Assembly: GCA_965235115.1 (NCBI GenBank)
Contig: OZ249436.1
Span: 41,728,001 to 41,792,000, forward strand
Source: Laetmonice hystrix
Lineage: Eukaryota
DNA: 64,000 bases
Direction: 5' to 3'
Notes under the pieces: generated by a model
What the model saw: the letters and a program-made list of their open reading frames with translations, nothing else
What the model was told of the DNA's origin: nothing
Databases searched by the model: none
In this document: piece after piece, positions 20,671 through 34,040 of the stretch
Layout: each line of letters opens with the position of its first letter
Numbering within the stretch: position 1 is the first letter of the stretch
Made by a program: the position numbers and the translations under genes

Positions 20671-22217
20671 GAGATTGAACAGTCTGAGTGTGTCGCTATT
20701 ATTATCTCGGTACTTTCACATAATAAAATGGATTAATATTGGTAAGGGATTAAGGTAACTATGGCGACCACACCTGCACTGTGAACAACAGCAAGGACAT
20801 GTTCAGACCTTTAAACTGAAGGTTAGGTTTGGAAGTTATGAAATCGCTCAAAAACTATACCTTGGACATGGAGATTCCGATTCACAGCTGGTTTTAATTT
20901 GCAAATTAGTGAGAGGTATGGGATATCAAAAGGGAGCGGGAGACTACTTACTGGAGACTAAGTCTATAAATCATAAGTTGTACTAGACCCTATAAATTAT
21001 ACTCTAGATATAGTCTATAGTGTATCTTTACTTTAGTTAAAAACTATTAGCATAAATACGGTAAGGGTTCCTGCAAATCGGGCTATCCTTTTCTGTGACA
21101 AATAGTACGCCCCTCAAACTGCCAAAATGCCTGCTACATCCTCGTTGAGCGTTGAGTACATAAGCGTCCCGTTTCCGGTTTGCTCAATTTACCGGAGATC
21201 TAGCAAGAGGCGCCACGCGTAAGAATATTATCTGTGTGATCAGGTCTAGCCCCTAGGGTTATGGAAGGGAAGTATACGTACACCCGAACTATTCGGTCAC
21301 AGGCTGACTTCTGCGAAACTTGGTATCGGCATGATCGGTGTTGATCATGGTGAGTTAGGCTTAGTCAATCAGCAACACCTGTTCAGTGACGTAGCCAGGA
21401 ATAATGAAAGGGGGGGGGGGGGGCGTAAATTTCTTTTTAAAAAAGAAGAAAAGCCAAACGGGGGGGGGGGAGGTACGCCGGGTACGCCCTAAACCCCCTA
21501 TCTGTTTTATAGCTGATCGGCGATCCTTCTAAATTCAAGTCTCCCCCCCCCCCCGGCCCATGTTCGCCTTGCACCTTTGGTGCCCCTCCTTTCGTGCAGT
21601 GCTGTATCTGTGCATGCCTGCATGAAAGGAGGAGCATGGCGTATGAGGTTAAAATGACATGAATAGGAAGTCTACATTGTATGCTCTTTCAATTGACACC
21701 AAGATTTATGATGTAGCGTATCATAATTATGATGTCATAATGATGCCATTGACATCTTCCAAGGCTTCTAGGTAGGCCCTAATAAACTTATCAAGATATT
21801 TAAAGCCATGGTTACAACTTAACACGAATAGGAAGTCATTCGACACCATTATCTTTTAGCTGACGTCGTGACCTATGACGTCAGATGGATGTCGATATTT
21901 TAGTATGGCTAGAACTTGTAAATGGTTGGCGTTAGAGACAGTTAGGTACTATTAAACACTAATAGGAAGTCATATAATTATGATCTTTCACTTGACATTT
22001 TTACGTGACGTGACCCATGACACCTTATAATGTCATTTTTCTCAGGGCTATAACTCGTAAATAGTAGTCTAAGTTAGAGCTATAGTTACTATTAAACACT
22101 AATAGGAAGTAACACATAGATCTATGCTTTTTCATTTGAGACCAAGATTTATTACGTAGCCTGAAGTGTCACCTCGTAATTACGTCATTGGCATCTTCTA
22201 AAGCTTATAAGTCATTA

Positions 22218-23258
22218 GAGTAGTCTGGGGCAAGACGCACCCTGGGGGTAAGACGCCCCCTAGTGTTAACTCAGTTATTTATCCTTGAGTTGGGATTCCC
22301 TAGCGGTTATTTGATGCACTAATGGACGTGGTGTTGACGCCAGGCCATACAAGACGATTTGAGATATTTTCATGAAAGTAGGTCAACATTACATTTTATG
22401 AATATTTTCGTATAAGGTTTGTGCAACACTCTTGTCCTCTGGGCACATTACCTTTTTGTGATTCAGCCTAGGCCTAAGTACTATCATGATAACATAACAG
22501 AAGTAATTATCTGTAAATGGGGGAAAAGAGTTCGACCATCCACGCCGAAGATTTTATGTCACGCTCGCCTCGGTAAAAAATATACCTGTGGGGTAAGACG
22601 CCCCGGGGGGGGGGGGGGGGGGGGTTCATGCCCCCAATGGTCATTCGTATATAAAAGGATAAAACTGGTTAAAAATCAAATAAAATGCTTGGGTGCAAAA
22701 GGGCGTTTAGAATTGGGCTAATTAAGCTAGCCTATAGCCTATTTGGCCTCTAGGGTGACAGACCTACTTTGTCCTGGGGCCCATCGATCTTGGATCTAGG
22801 CCCCCACCCCCAAAATAGCCATTTTTAATAGGAAAACGGGGGGCCAGGCCCCCCTTTTGAAATTTGGGGGCTATTCCCAGTCTGAAAATGCACCTTTAAA
22901 ATTCAACATTACAGATGGAAGACCCACATTCAAAAGAAACGAAAACTCGTGAAATAGAAAAAGTAGAAAGAGGAAATCTGCCAGGCTTTTATGGCTTGGA
23001 TTTAGGCGGGTGGGGCAAGACGCCTCCAGGGGGCGTCTTACCTCTGGTATGGGGCAAGACGCCCCTTTGCAATTTTATTCGAAATAATTCATTTTTTAAA
23101 TGTTGTGAAAAGGATACAGCTAAAGCATATTAGCAGTAAGTAGGCCTATAGCTAAAATATGTATGTTTCTTTCAACAAAAAAACTACTCATTCTGATAAC
23201 ACGGGACGGCCTGGTAATGCTTTGACCCTTAAAGGGTGCGTCTTGCCCCAGTCTACTC
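22218..23258. mobile_element. TA-flanked MITE (Tc1/mariner-pogo-like)
   Basis: TIR GAGTAG(T/A)CTGGGGCAAGACGCACCCT; TA at both ends; internal GGGGCAAGACGCC repeats. Confidence 0.75.
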
Positions 23259-23291
23259 TAACTGCGCAAGATTGAGACATAGTTTACCCGT

Positions 23292-25142
23292 GGGTCATTC
23301 CATACCAAATCACCCAGAAACAAGAAATTTTCCCAGTTCAAATCATAGATTTTGATGAAATTTTACTCATAAAAACTTTGATCCAATTCATGGGGCCATG
23401 TAAAATTTTATTTCTGTACTCCAAATAGTTTTCGAGATATGGCTTTTTAAATTGTTCTCCCCTTGGACCCTTTCCAGACTTAAGTTTCGCTTATTTTTGT
23501 GCCGATTTTGAGGACCTATAACAGCACATTTATAAGATTGAGTACTCCCATATTTCATTAACTTACTGTCCTTGGTAGGTATATACAAAATACAAGACAA
23601 CAGGTTCATCCTGGGAATATTTTTTCTGTACGAGTGGTGCCAAAATGGCGTTTTGGCCAATTTTTACCTAAAATATTTAGCTGTGCAACATGGTTTTTTC
23701 CATTTGAAAATGCATATTTTCTTCAATATTTTATAGATCTTCACAGAACTTTCAGGGAATGTTTACTGGCCATATTCCTATATAATCATAGTCCAAAATG
23801 GTTCATTTATCCTAAAAATTCCTAGTTCTTTGACCTTAAGCATAGTGATATCCGACTTTTTGGAGGAGATAGGAGTGCTCTAGAAAAGTCAGTTTTCAAT
23901 ATTTTTAATTCAAATTTGGCACATGGATAGCCTATGGGGAGTTCTTTTAGGAAAATACATTACAATTTTAGAACTTGGATTAGATTTTTAATGAAGTCCT
24001 ATCAAAAATGGCAAAAAAATGAAAAATATGGTATCAGGGGCCCGTTTCACTAACGGTGACATCCCCGGGACATCCCTGATTTGGGGACATCCCCACTCAA
24101 AGTGTTCCACTAACATGTCCCTCCCTGGGGACATCCCCAAAGTTGCAGAGGTGGCCAAATATTTGGTTAAAATTTAAAGAAATTCGGAGACATCAACTTT
24201 TTTGCCATTGGTTCAACATGGAATGACCCACCTGCGAATGTAAAAAAATGGCTGTATTCATGATACATTAAAGACTGGAAGGAAAGCTAGCACATTACTG
24301 ATTTTTTTGTCAACTGTACATAGATATGTCCTTATTATTTGAAAAAGGTTTGGAGACTGTGCTCTCAATCCCTTTTGTGTGACAATTTTTCATATGTGGG
24401 GCCCAATACCATATTTTTCATTTTTTGGCCATTTTTGATAGGACTTCATTAAATTTCTAATCCAAGTTCGAAACTTGTAATATATGTTCCTAAAAGAACT
24501 CCCCATAGACTGTCCATGTGCCAAATTTGAATTAAAAATATTGAAAACTGACTTTTCTAGAGCACTTTAAACTTTCAGAAATATCTATCTCCTCCAAAAA
24601 GTTGGATATCACTATGCATAAGGTCAAAGAACTAGGAATTTTTAGCATAAATGAACCATTTTGGACTATGATTATATAGGAATATGGCCAGTTAGCACTC
24701 CCTGAAAGTTTTGTGAAGATCTATAAAGAATTAAAGAAAATATGCCTTTTCAAATGGAAGAAACCCTGTTGCGCAGCTAAATATTTTAGGTAATAATTGG
24801 CCAAAACGCCATTTTGGCACCACTCGTACAGAAAAAATATTCCCAGGATGAATGTTGTCTTGTATTTTGCATATACCTACCGAGGACAGTAAGTTAATGA
24901 AATATGGGAATGCTCACTCTTATAATTGTGCTGTTATATGTCCTCAAATTCGGCACAAAAATAAGCGAAACTTAGGTTTGGAAAGGATGCAAGGGGTGAA
25001 CAATATCTCGAAAACTATCTGGAGTACAGAAATAAAATTTTACATGTCGCCATGAATTGGATCAAAGTTTTTATGAGTAAAATTTCATCAAAATCTATTA
25101 TTTGAACTGGGAGGCCCTGGGCGACTTGGTATAGAATGGCCC
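23292..25142. mobile_element. Large foldback DNA element with about 740-bp inverted arms
   Basis: About 23292..24035 is the reverse complement of about 24405..25142; ORFs 23388..23660(-) and 24852..25055(+) mirror each other. Confidence 0.8.
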
Positions 25143-25673
25143 TACTCAGAACGTGTCATAATATATTACGTGACTCCCCGGGGATGGGATCAATTGTGGT
25201 GTCGCCACAACGTGTCTAGTCTTGTCATGTAAACGTATCTGTAACTTTGTCCTGGAAAATTACTAATGAAATAAATACAGCAAGACACGTCGCCGTGTAC
25301 AGTTTGGGTGTTAAGCCTTGCTACCAGCCTCCTATATTTCACTTAAACCTTCCCTTAGGTTAGCTCATGGTAGCCTAGTGTAAACCTTCCACTGAACAGC
25401 TCTGAATGATAATGGTGTTTCTATAGAGGCCTTCTTATATGTCATCGCGACTGGTTGCACCATGGACAGGTTTTTGTAGTGTTTGAGGCCTGAAATGGTA
25501 GCTTTCCGACCTGTCGTCTAGGCCTACATATAGGCTTATAATTATGGTGTGGAGGTAGACTAAACCTTCATAATAGGTCTAAATTCTGAAGAACAATGCA
25601 TTGTTGCAATGCATACGGCGTCCACACCTTCAAATTATGGTGTGTGTATGTTGAACATGATGCACATAACCTT

Positions 25674-26501
25674 CTACGAGGACTGTGCCCCAGTTTGCCG
25701 TTCTATCACCTCGTAGGCAGGTGGCGCTTCGAACTGTATGTTTGTGTCGCCCTCTGCCGGATTATGATTACCGATCGCCTCGTCATACGAAGGTGGTGCT
25801 GCAGGCAAATACGAGCTGGTTGCAGTGAATACACCCTCGGGTAATGAAACTGAGGAGGTATCCGTTACCTCCGTATCCAAATCTCCTGGATCACTGACCG
25901 TCGACTGCCTGGAGTTCTCTTCAGAGGGATCAAAGGCCGCCACCGGGTAACGTAGGTCCAGGATAATCTCCAAGATATTTCCTCTGCCTGACCTTGGCTG
26001 TGAACCCCTAACCCAAACCCGTATGAAGAAAACAACCAGCGCCCCAACGAGAAACTGAATCGTTCCTACAATTCCGACACACTGCAGCACTTCGTTCTTG
26101 GTGTTCACGGTGAACCCAATTGTCATAAACAGAAACCCAATTATTATGAGCAGTGCGCTCATTGTAACAAGAACGTCGAGGAGAGAGTCTTTTGATCTCA
26201 TGTATGTCCTGTCACCATTTGTCAATGACAGAACTCGGTGACGTACATAGAAGGTGCCAGTGCCCACAGGAAGACCTATGGCACACAGTAGGACGGCCAG
26301 GAACTGGATGCCGGTCAGGTACTGTGACGACGATAGCAAAGTCGTGGAGGCAAGGACACTGAAGAGAACTCCGAAAGACACCATCCAACCGCCCACACAC
26401 GCCATCACAGAGATGTAGTTGATGGTGCTGCAGCTGCAGGAACATGAGCAGCAGGGGTCTTGCCGGTCCGGCTCTGGAGCGACTTCAACATCTGTAGACA
26501 T
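25674..26501 (-). CDS. Four-pass membrane protein with C-terminal PPxY motifs (TMEM171-like architecture), 275 aa
   Basis: ATG-initiated single coding exon preceded by an acceptor (tttacag near 26520); N-terminal Cys cluster; four hydrophobic helices in two hairpins; acidic tail with PPSY and PPAY. Confidence 0.75.
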   Translation of the reverse strand: MSTDVEVAPEPDRQDPCCSCSCSCSTINYISVMACVGGWMVSFGVLFSVLASTTLLSSSQYLTGIQFLAVLLCAIGLPVGTGTFYVRHRVLSLTNGDRTYMRSKDSLLDVLVTMSALLIIIGFLFMTIGFTVNTKNEVLQCVGIVGTIQFLVGALVVFFIRVWVRGSQPRSGRGNILEIILDLRYPVAAFDPSEENSRQSTVSDPGDLDTEVTDTSSVSLPEGVFTATSSYLPAAPPSYDEAIGNHNPAEGDTNIQFEAPPAYEVIERQTGAQSS

Positions 26502-27252
26502 CCTCGCCTGGATTAATCTCTGTAAACCAGTATTATATAATGGTAAAACTTACTGCATGTACGTGCCATTTGATGCCATTACACTTGGGGATCCAGGGGG
26601 CCCAGGGGGTCCGGACCCCCCCTTAGATTTTCCTTTTTTATGAAGATGTTATAACTATATATGAATAATATATAGTAGCCTATTTGAATAAAATCAAACA
26701 TTTGGAAGTGTGTTAATAGCAATTATTTTGTGTGTGTGTAATACATGTACAATCAAATTATGCCGAGCGTAGCGAGGCTAAAAATATATTTTTGGTGGCC
26801 CCCCCTTATCAAACAAAATCCTGGCTCCCCAGAGGAGGGGCGGGGGTGCAATTACGTGATCTCTGAAATTGACAACGAGTAGGCCAGCGTACTCTGGACG
26901 ACTGTACATTTATTGATTGTGAACTACTTCTGGGAGAAGTAATCAAAAGTATAACAGGGACTTTCTTTCTCATTTGTATTGAAAATGTTTTATTAATTTC
27001 AGTCCATAAGTTTCAGTTTCAGTAATGTAGGCACTTTTCCTAGCAGGGCAGATTTTTCACTATGGCAAACAAAACTATCGATTTCATTTCATTTCATCAA
27101 AATTAGTGAATTGATTCCAAACGGTGGATGCTATGCTATACAGTTAATAGGCACCCTCATATCGTCTGTACCTTTGTTGCTCGGTTTGTCCCCAGAAACG
27201 GACGGATAATATGGCAACGTAAATAATAGGGTTTAACCATTTCCGGTCTTTC

Positions 27253-27574
27253 TGTTTTGTTTGGATACTATAGTATGTTTTGTTTGGATACTATAGTATG
27301 TTTTGTTTGGATACTATAGTATGTTTTGTTTGGATACTATAGTATGTTTTGTTTGGATACTATAGTATGTTTTGTTTGGATACTATAGTATGTTTTGTTT
27401 GGATACTATAGTATGTTTTGTTTGGATACTATAGTATGTTTTGTTTGGATACTATAGTATGTTTTGTTTGGATACTATAGTATGTTTTGTTTGGATACTA
27501 TAGTATGTTTTGTTTGGATACTATAGTATGTTTTGTTTGGATACTATAGTATGTTTTGTTTGGATACTATAGTA
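27253..27574. repeat. Minisatellite, 14 copies of a 23-bp unit
   Basis: (TGTTTTGTTTGGATACTATAGTA)14 head-to-tail, no spacers. Confidence 0.95.
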
Positions 27575-28671
27575 TGGCGAAAGCGTTGCCTTCTCGTAAA
27601 ATGTTATGTAATTCACATGACAAGTCAAGCCTAATATAGGCTTGTCTGTTTACACGGGAGATGTCGGTGACAGGCACGGCCTCATCGAGTGGCCTAGTTA
27701 GCACAGATTACCTTATCATTTCTTTAATACACAACCACATGCATACATATTTTCCGCCATGTTGTTTTGATAGTGACATTTCAACACTTCTTGTTAGTTA
27801 GTAATTATTAGAAGATTTCCATAGGGTCTGGTTTTCGCCCTTGGTTCAAATATCCAAGTGTCACTTCTCCCATACAAAGCTTTGAGAACAATGCCAGGAA
27901 CAACCATTGTTTATGCTGCCCGATATCCGAGCATCTTTGTTAGACTGGAAGTAGTTCAATGACCTGCACGGTATTGTATGATGACTGCACTTATGCTGCT
28001 ATAATATCCTGAACTTGAATACAAGGGATTAGTAGCTTTATTTTGTTAGTGTAGTAACTTTAATTATTATTTTTTATCTCCAACATGTTTCTGACAATAT
28101 CAAAATTAATATAGCCAGACGTTAACTTAGACACCTATAATAAAAAAAAAGTACAACTCTGTATATCAAGATATGACCTACCTTTTCCTGTCCTCTAAAA
28201 GTCCCCCCGATGATATCGTTGTACCAGACCTCCTTTGACATACATCTTACCGAAACCAGTAGCGTACAGATTCAATTTATCCGTTGATTTTGAGCTACGT
28301 TATTCAGAAGTAACTTCTACCAGTTTGATTATAACGTCTTTCTCCTCACTCCGACGATGTACACCAGTGGGAGCACTGGAAGATGACATGTTAGCTTGCT
28401 TCTGCAGGTTTCCCTTCTCGGGTCATTGTCCAGCGCGGGTCCTAGAGTACTTACAGCGAGTAGGCCTAGCATATAGCCGACTGATAACGTTTACTGATAT
28501 GGAGGTGTGTGTGTCGGACGACGGTAGATGCTATTTCTTAACTACTACAGCAGGCCAATCACTACAACTGGTGCCAATCAAAATGTATGCCCCGCCCACC
28601 TGCCTGTACCTCCAGGCCAGGCCAACCTGACTTTTATAGTGTTTAGATCCAGGCTGCATGCTATACACCCA

Positions 28672-29194
28672 CCTGCCTGTATTTTTCTTTTGAAATGCAC
28701 GGGCATCAGGGGTAATCCAATTACTTTGACAATGTCCCTAAAGAGAAAAGTTGTATAGTCCTTTACAGGAATCGAACCCCGGCCCCAAGATTACTGCACC
28801 CATTCGCATAGCATAAGGTGTCGACATCCATGCCCACTCGGCCACCGCCACTCCCCTATAAAAAAGAGCTTTTTGTCCATGTATGCCCTTCCTGCCTGTA
28901 GTGATTAGGTCCCTGTATTGTATGCCCTTCCTGCCTGTAGTGATTAGGTCCATGTATTGTATGCCCTTCCTGCCTGTAGTGATTAGGTCCATGTATTGTA
29001 TGCCCTTCCTGCCTGTATTTTTCTTTTGAAATGCACGGGCATCAGGGGTAACCCAATTACTTTGACAATGTCCCTAAAGAGAAAAGTTGTATAGTCCTCT
29101 ACAGGAATCGAACCCCGGCCCTAAGATTACTGCACCCATTCGCATAGCATAAGGTGTCGACATCCATGCCCACTAGGCCACCGCCACTCCCCTA
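28672..29194 (-). repeat. Direct duplication (336-bp offset) of a tRNA-related SINE-like unit, separated by 39-bp tandem repeats
   Basis: 28672..28858 matches 29008..29194; the first copy has A-box TGGCCGAGTGG and both have B-box GGTTCGATTCC on the minus strand; 39-bp unit repeated about 3.5 times at 28876..29016. Confidence 0.65.
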
Positions 29195-32100
29195 AAAAAG
29201 GAGCTTTGGTGGTCGAGCAGGACAATGGACCCTCCCCCCTACACACATCTTTTTTAAATGAGACAGAATCCATATTTTCCTACATAGAGCTACACATGAT
29301 TTCTACCGAACATTGACTGTTAAGGTAATCCTGGCACTGGCGTAGACTGTGGGTGTGATTAGGTCCTTGTATACCCTTCCTGGCTGTATTTTTCTTTTGA
29401 AATGCACGGGCATCAGGGATTAGGTCCCTGTATATCCTACCTGCATGTAGTAAATAGGCCCCTGCATACCCTTCCTGCCTGTCGCGATTAGTCCCCACAT
29501 ATCCTACTTGCCTGTCGTGATTAGGTCCCTGTACACCCCCACCTGAATGATTAGGCCCCTAGATACCCCACCTGATTAGGCTTGCCCAAATAAGGTCATG
29601 TTCAGGTGCAGATACCCCCGGATTGTTTGCAACGGGAGGGGTTTGAGGGGTTCACCCAGGTCACAAAAGGGATAATTAATGGGGCGGATAATCTATGTAC
29701 CGTTCTTGGAGGGGGAGGGGCCTTGACTGTCATCCAGAAAATATTTTCTTTAAAAAAGCCAGAGATCGATTTTCTCAACAACTCTGACCGAATATCTCTC
29801 CCAAAACCACCAACCCCCCTTCATCCGCTCCACAATTGGATTTTCTGTTGCAAATTATATGTATCATCTCGGTTTTTACAAACCTATATGTTTTATGGGC
29901 AATTTTTCACAAAATGAGTCTTGAAAATGAGTTCCAATTTTTCCAGTCAGAGGAAACTCGGGGATTAGAGAAAAGTCTATAAGATCAGGGGAAAGCCCAG
30001 GAAATAGTGTAGTTGGGATCTAAGGTAACTTTTCGGGACTGCTTTCTCAACTTTAAAGGGAGCCAATTGCATCTTATATTAGAAAATTTCCAACTCTTTC
30101 CGATATAACTAGCTGCATATGTTTGCAAATTAATCTCCGACCAGATGCCAAGTCGATATTGTGGTGTCATATTTTCTTGTCCTGTCATATCTTCATGAAA
30201 ACTCATTTCGGTACATCAGGGCCATGCATGGTTTCTGTTTTGGCAGGAGTGTTCGCGGGGCGCGAATAAATACGGAAACCGTGTTATAGTAGTATTGGCC
30301 CGGACGGATTCGTAATTTGTTTGGGCGAATTCAGACATTTCTTTTCCCTTTTACCCTGTGATATCTTTTTACGTGTTCAGTGGCGAACAGCTCTAAGGCG
30401 AATAAGTGTTGAATGTATGTGGTTCTGTGCATAGTTTACAGCACTGTCCTCTCCATACATGCTGGGCCATCAATCAGGAAACCCCTTTAATAAAGTAGAG
30501 ATTGTTGCTTTATGTAGGCTATAATGGACACGTGGGGGAGCTTACCTTAGGGAGCCGTGCGTACTTTACTCCTCCGTGCCTACTTTCAACACTGAATCTG
30601 CAGGAGGACACCAAAAGCAATTGGTGACACTGTCCTCATAAGCGATCCATCAGATGTAGTTTTAAACTACCGTAACACAGAGCCACGGCGACACCGGGCC
30701 CTCCCTTCCACACAGCAGGGCAATACATACCCTCCTGGGACCCTCCCCGACAACATATTTGGCTATATAACATGGCGCGGGGCACTAGTGAGGGTCAGCC
30801 TTAGCACAAAGGTAATAAATTTGGAGTCCGATCAAGACCTCAGACTGTTTGAGCCATGCTTAGTTGGATATTGGCCAAATTGAATTCAGACCAATGGAAG
30901 ACTCGAGTCGCATGCGCAACGGGGCATTCCATGCACATCCACGTGGCGGCAGCACTGTCGTGCCGGTCCCTGCTGTAGTACAGTAGCATTGGTTTGAAAC
31001 TGACGACAGCTAATGTGTGCAAGGATGCTGTAATTATTATGAAATATAGCAACATTTTTAGGTTCTACGAGTTCAGGAAGTCCTACCCACTGTAATTTCC
31101 CATAACAAAAAGATGTAACGCATCCGGACACATCCTGGCATTTTGTCGCCCTATCTAATCTTGTACGTTGTCGGAGCGAGGACCGGTGCGACAGTGCTGC
31201 CACCATGCGGAACAATATTTTTCGAGTCGCCCATTGGATCACTGACTCTTTTTTTAAGGCTTATCCATCAGCAGTAGACCCTGACATGTTTAGAGGAGGC
31301 CTACTATCTGTTCGAATGAGAACCAAGTGTCAGGAAGCTACCTCTTATACAATTCTGGCAATTCTGACAAAAAGGCTCACCCTGTTACACCGACATACTA
31401 ATAGACCCATAGGCCTATAAGATTATGTAGGCCTGAAAGGGTCAATGTTAAATACTTTTGTTGTAATCATGCAGCATTATCGGTTTTCTTTTCCTTTTTA
31501 TTTACTCCGGATCTCGTTGCTCGAAAACTATTTAAGCTATTTGAATAAAGTTTTCTGTACAGGAACCTTAACTTGTTGTCTTTCAGACATGTCTAACTCA
31601 TTTTGTGGGAAACTATATTTATTTTTGAAGAAAAGATTCATGCGAAACTGACGCGTGGGGTTAAAGGTCATAATCTTCGCTGCAGTCCTTGTTCGTTCCA
31701 AACACTCAACTGAGAATGGCCTGGTCTCCAGCTCTATATTGACTTCGTATATAAAGCCTGGTGATGGCCAATCGAAGCAAGCGTTGTGATTGGCCCATCG
31801 AAAACATGGACGCAAACGAGGTATAGTTCCGTACCCTCCGTATTTCTCCAACAAGACACAAATATTTTCGTCAATCCCTTTAAAATACAAGTGTTAAATA
31901 TCCTCGCTTTTCTGGATGTAAACATAGCGTCAGCAGTCCCCACACCTGCTACGGTCTGCATACGCAGGGGCATGCTGCTATTGTTGGCCACTCCCGGCCA
32001 CTCTCCAAGCAGAAGTCAATCACTCTGTTAACGCTGACCGACGGACCGGAGGCGGAAGTGATTAGTGATCACCACTTCCGTTTTACAGCTTTCTGTTAGC

Positions 32101-33158
32101 CATCACCGGGCCTTATATATAGCGGATGCGTATAGTTAAGGCACCGGGTACCAGGCTAAACTGAGAAGGGCACAGATGTCAAGGAGTTGTAACTGCAGAA
32201 ATATTCAGTCTTTCGACATGCTTGGTGAAGACAGGACTGGTAGATTCTACTAGAAACAACCTCCAAAACAGTTCAGTCAGAGATTGAGCGAAATGTGAAC
32301 GTGTTCTGTTGTGATTCTGAACCGGCTATGCCTGACAACAGTGTGAATGAAAGGAGATAGCTGATTGGGTGTTGAAAGTGGGTCGCGTGTGACCAACATT
32401 CGACCCGCATACGAGTCTGTCCCTAACATTGGACCAGCGTCTACACAACGGAGTGAGTGAGGCGCTGGAAACAGCGTGGGTTCCCTGAGAGAACGAGCCT
32501 TAATTGGGAAGACGCCAGAAACTAGCTTGTTAGAGAGCCTTTGACTGTCCCTTGGTACTGCTGCAAATTGTAGAGTCGTGTCTCTGGCAGCCTACAAACA
32601 TAACGACTGGCGCAGCAGGTGGTAGAATAGCCCGCATGCGGAGCCTTGGACGGCCACCTGTGACAGGAATCCAAGTCCCCCTGAAATGCAGGTCCGACGG
32701 GCCTGCATTCCTAGGACTTATTTCTTCATAATCATATCTCTAATCCTAACTTTACCCATAATCCATCGGTATTTTCTTAATTATATTTTCTTATACCACG
32801 AAGTTAATGACATAGGACCTCCATTCCGGCGGAATTACATTCCGTACACACCTGCTGATGGTCAAACCTTGAATAATGTCAGGGGCCGGACTCACGTGTT
32901 CATACTATAACAGTATATAAACAGTAACGTAAAGATTTGCTGCGAGCCTTTAATTGCTAGTAACAAAAATAGTAGGCGGTCAAGGACTACTGAGTATGTT
33001 AAATTGTCAACGTTATCAAATGCTATACAGTATAACAAGCTAATGAAATCGTTGGATCCTTTGAACCAATTATCTGTCGTATAATACATCAACGCTTTAC
33101 ATTAGATATTATTGCTGTCCCTAGCATTGTTCGTAGATAGAGTTTAATGACGGCCATC

Positions 33159-34040
33159 GCACGTACATCCTACGATTGATTTTGGTCATGATCGCCGTCG
33201 CATCGCAGCCAGTGGAATCACCCATCGTGGGTACGTCGTACGACGATTTATCGCACGATTATTCTTGCGATGCAGCCTTGCATCGCACATCGGAGGAAAA
33301 ATCGCCCTGGTCTGTACCAGGCATTATGTCGTGGACATTCGTAGCAAATCGAAACTACATCTTCCTCAATCGTTGCCATTTTCCACAACACGGTTGCATA
33401 CGAATGTTCACGAACCATCACGACACTTACACGACGTGTCACGACACAACAACGACATTGCTATGATCCGTGACGCGCACGCGAAACGCCACGATTTTTT
33501 TCTTTTGACACCCCCCAAGTCTTCCCTACGACTTGCCACGATGTGACATCGGCATGAATCGGCGTAAAAATCGTGAAGGTGAGAAAGGAGTTCAATGTAA
33601 GTTGTCCCAGCCACTGATTCTCCCCCTAATCAGATTCAAACTCGGCTAGATGTTAGCCGCACCTTGGGTAAGAAATAATAACATTGGCGTGTACCCCACC
33701 CCTCGACAAACTGTGATTGTGAGTCCCGTAAAGCCCCAGTCCCACTAGAACCTGCCATTCCCCCCCCCCCCGACCAGTCCAGTCGTGCGACTAGGGCCGG
33801 TCGTGGGCAATCGTAGATATTCCCTGCGAATTGAGCGTAGCAGTCACATTGTAATGCCTGGTACACACTATGGCGATTTTTCATACGATGGTTTGTGCGA
33901 TGCGATGCTGCATCGCAGGAAAAATCGTGCGATAAATCGTCGTATGACGTACCCACAATGCACCCACGACGGGTGATTCCACTGGCTGCGATGCAACGGC
34001 GATCATGACCAAAAACCATCGTACGATGCACGTACGATGG
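33159..34040. mobile_element. Degenerate inverted-repeat DNA transposon remnant
   Basis: About 33160..33330 and 33850..34040 are diverged reverse complements; the shared pseudo-ORF text MIAVASQPVESP appears on opposite strands. Confidence 0.55.

Noticed and set aside
27253..27574. 23-bp repeat array as a CRISPR array
   Set aside because: Head-to-tail identical units with no spacers, no cas genes, eukaryotic context.
30840..32031. Cluster of 70-118-aa ORFs as a gene
   Set aside because: No recognisable domain and no consistent exon chain could be built.
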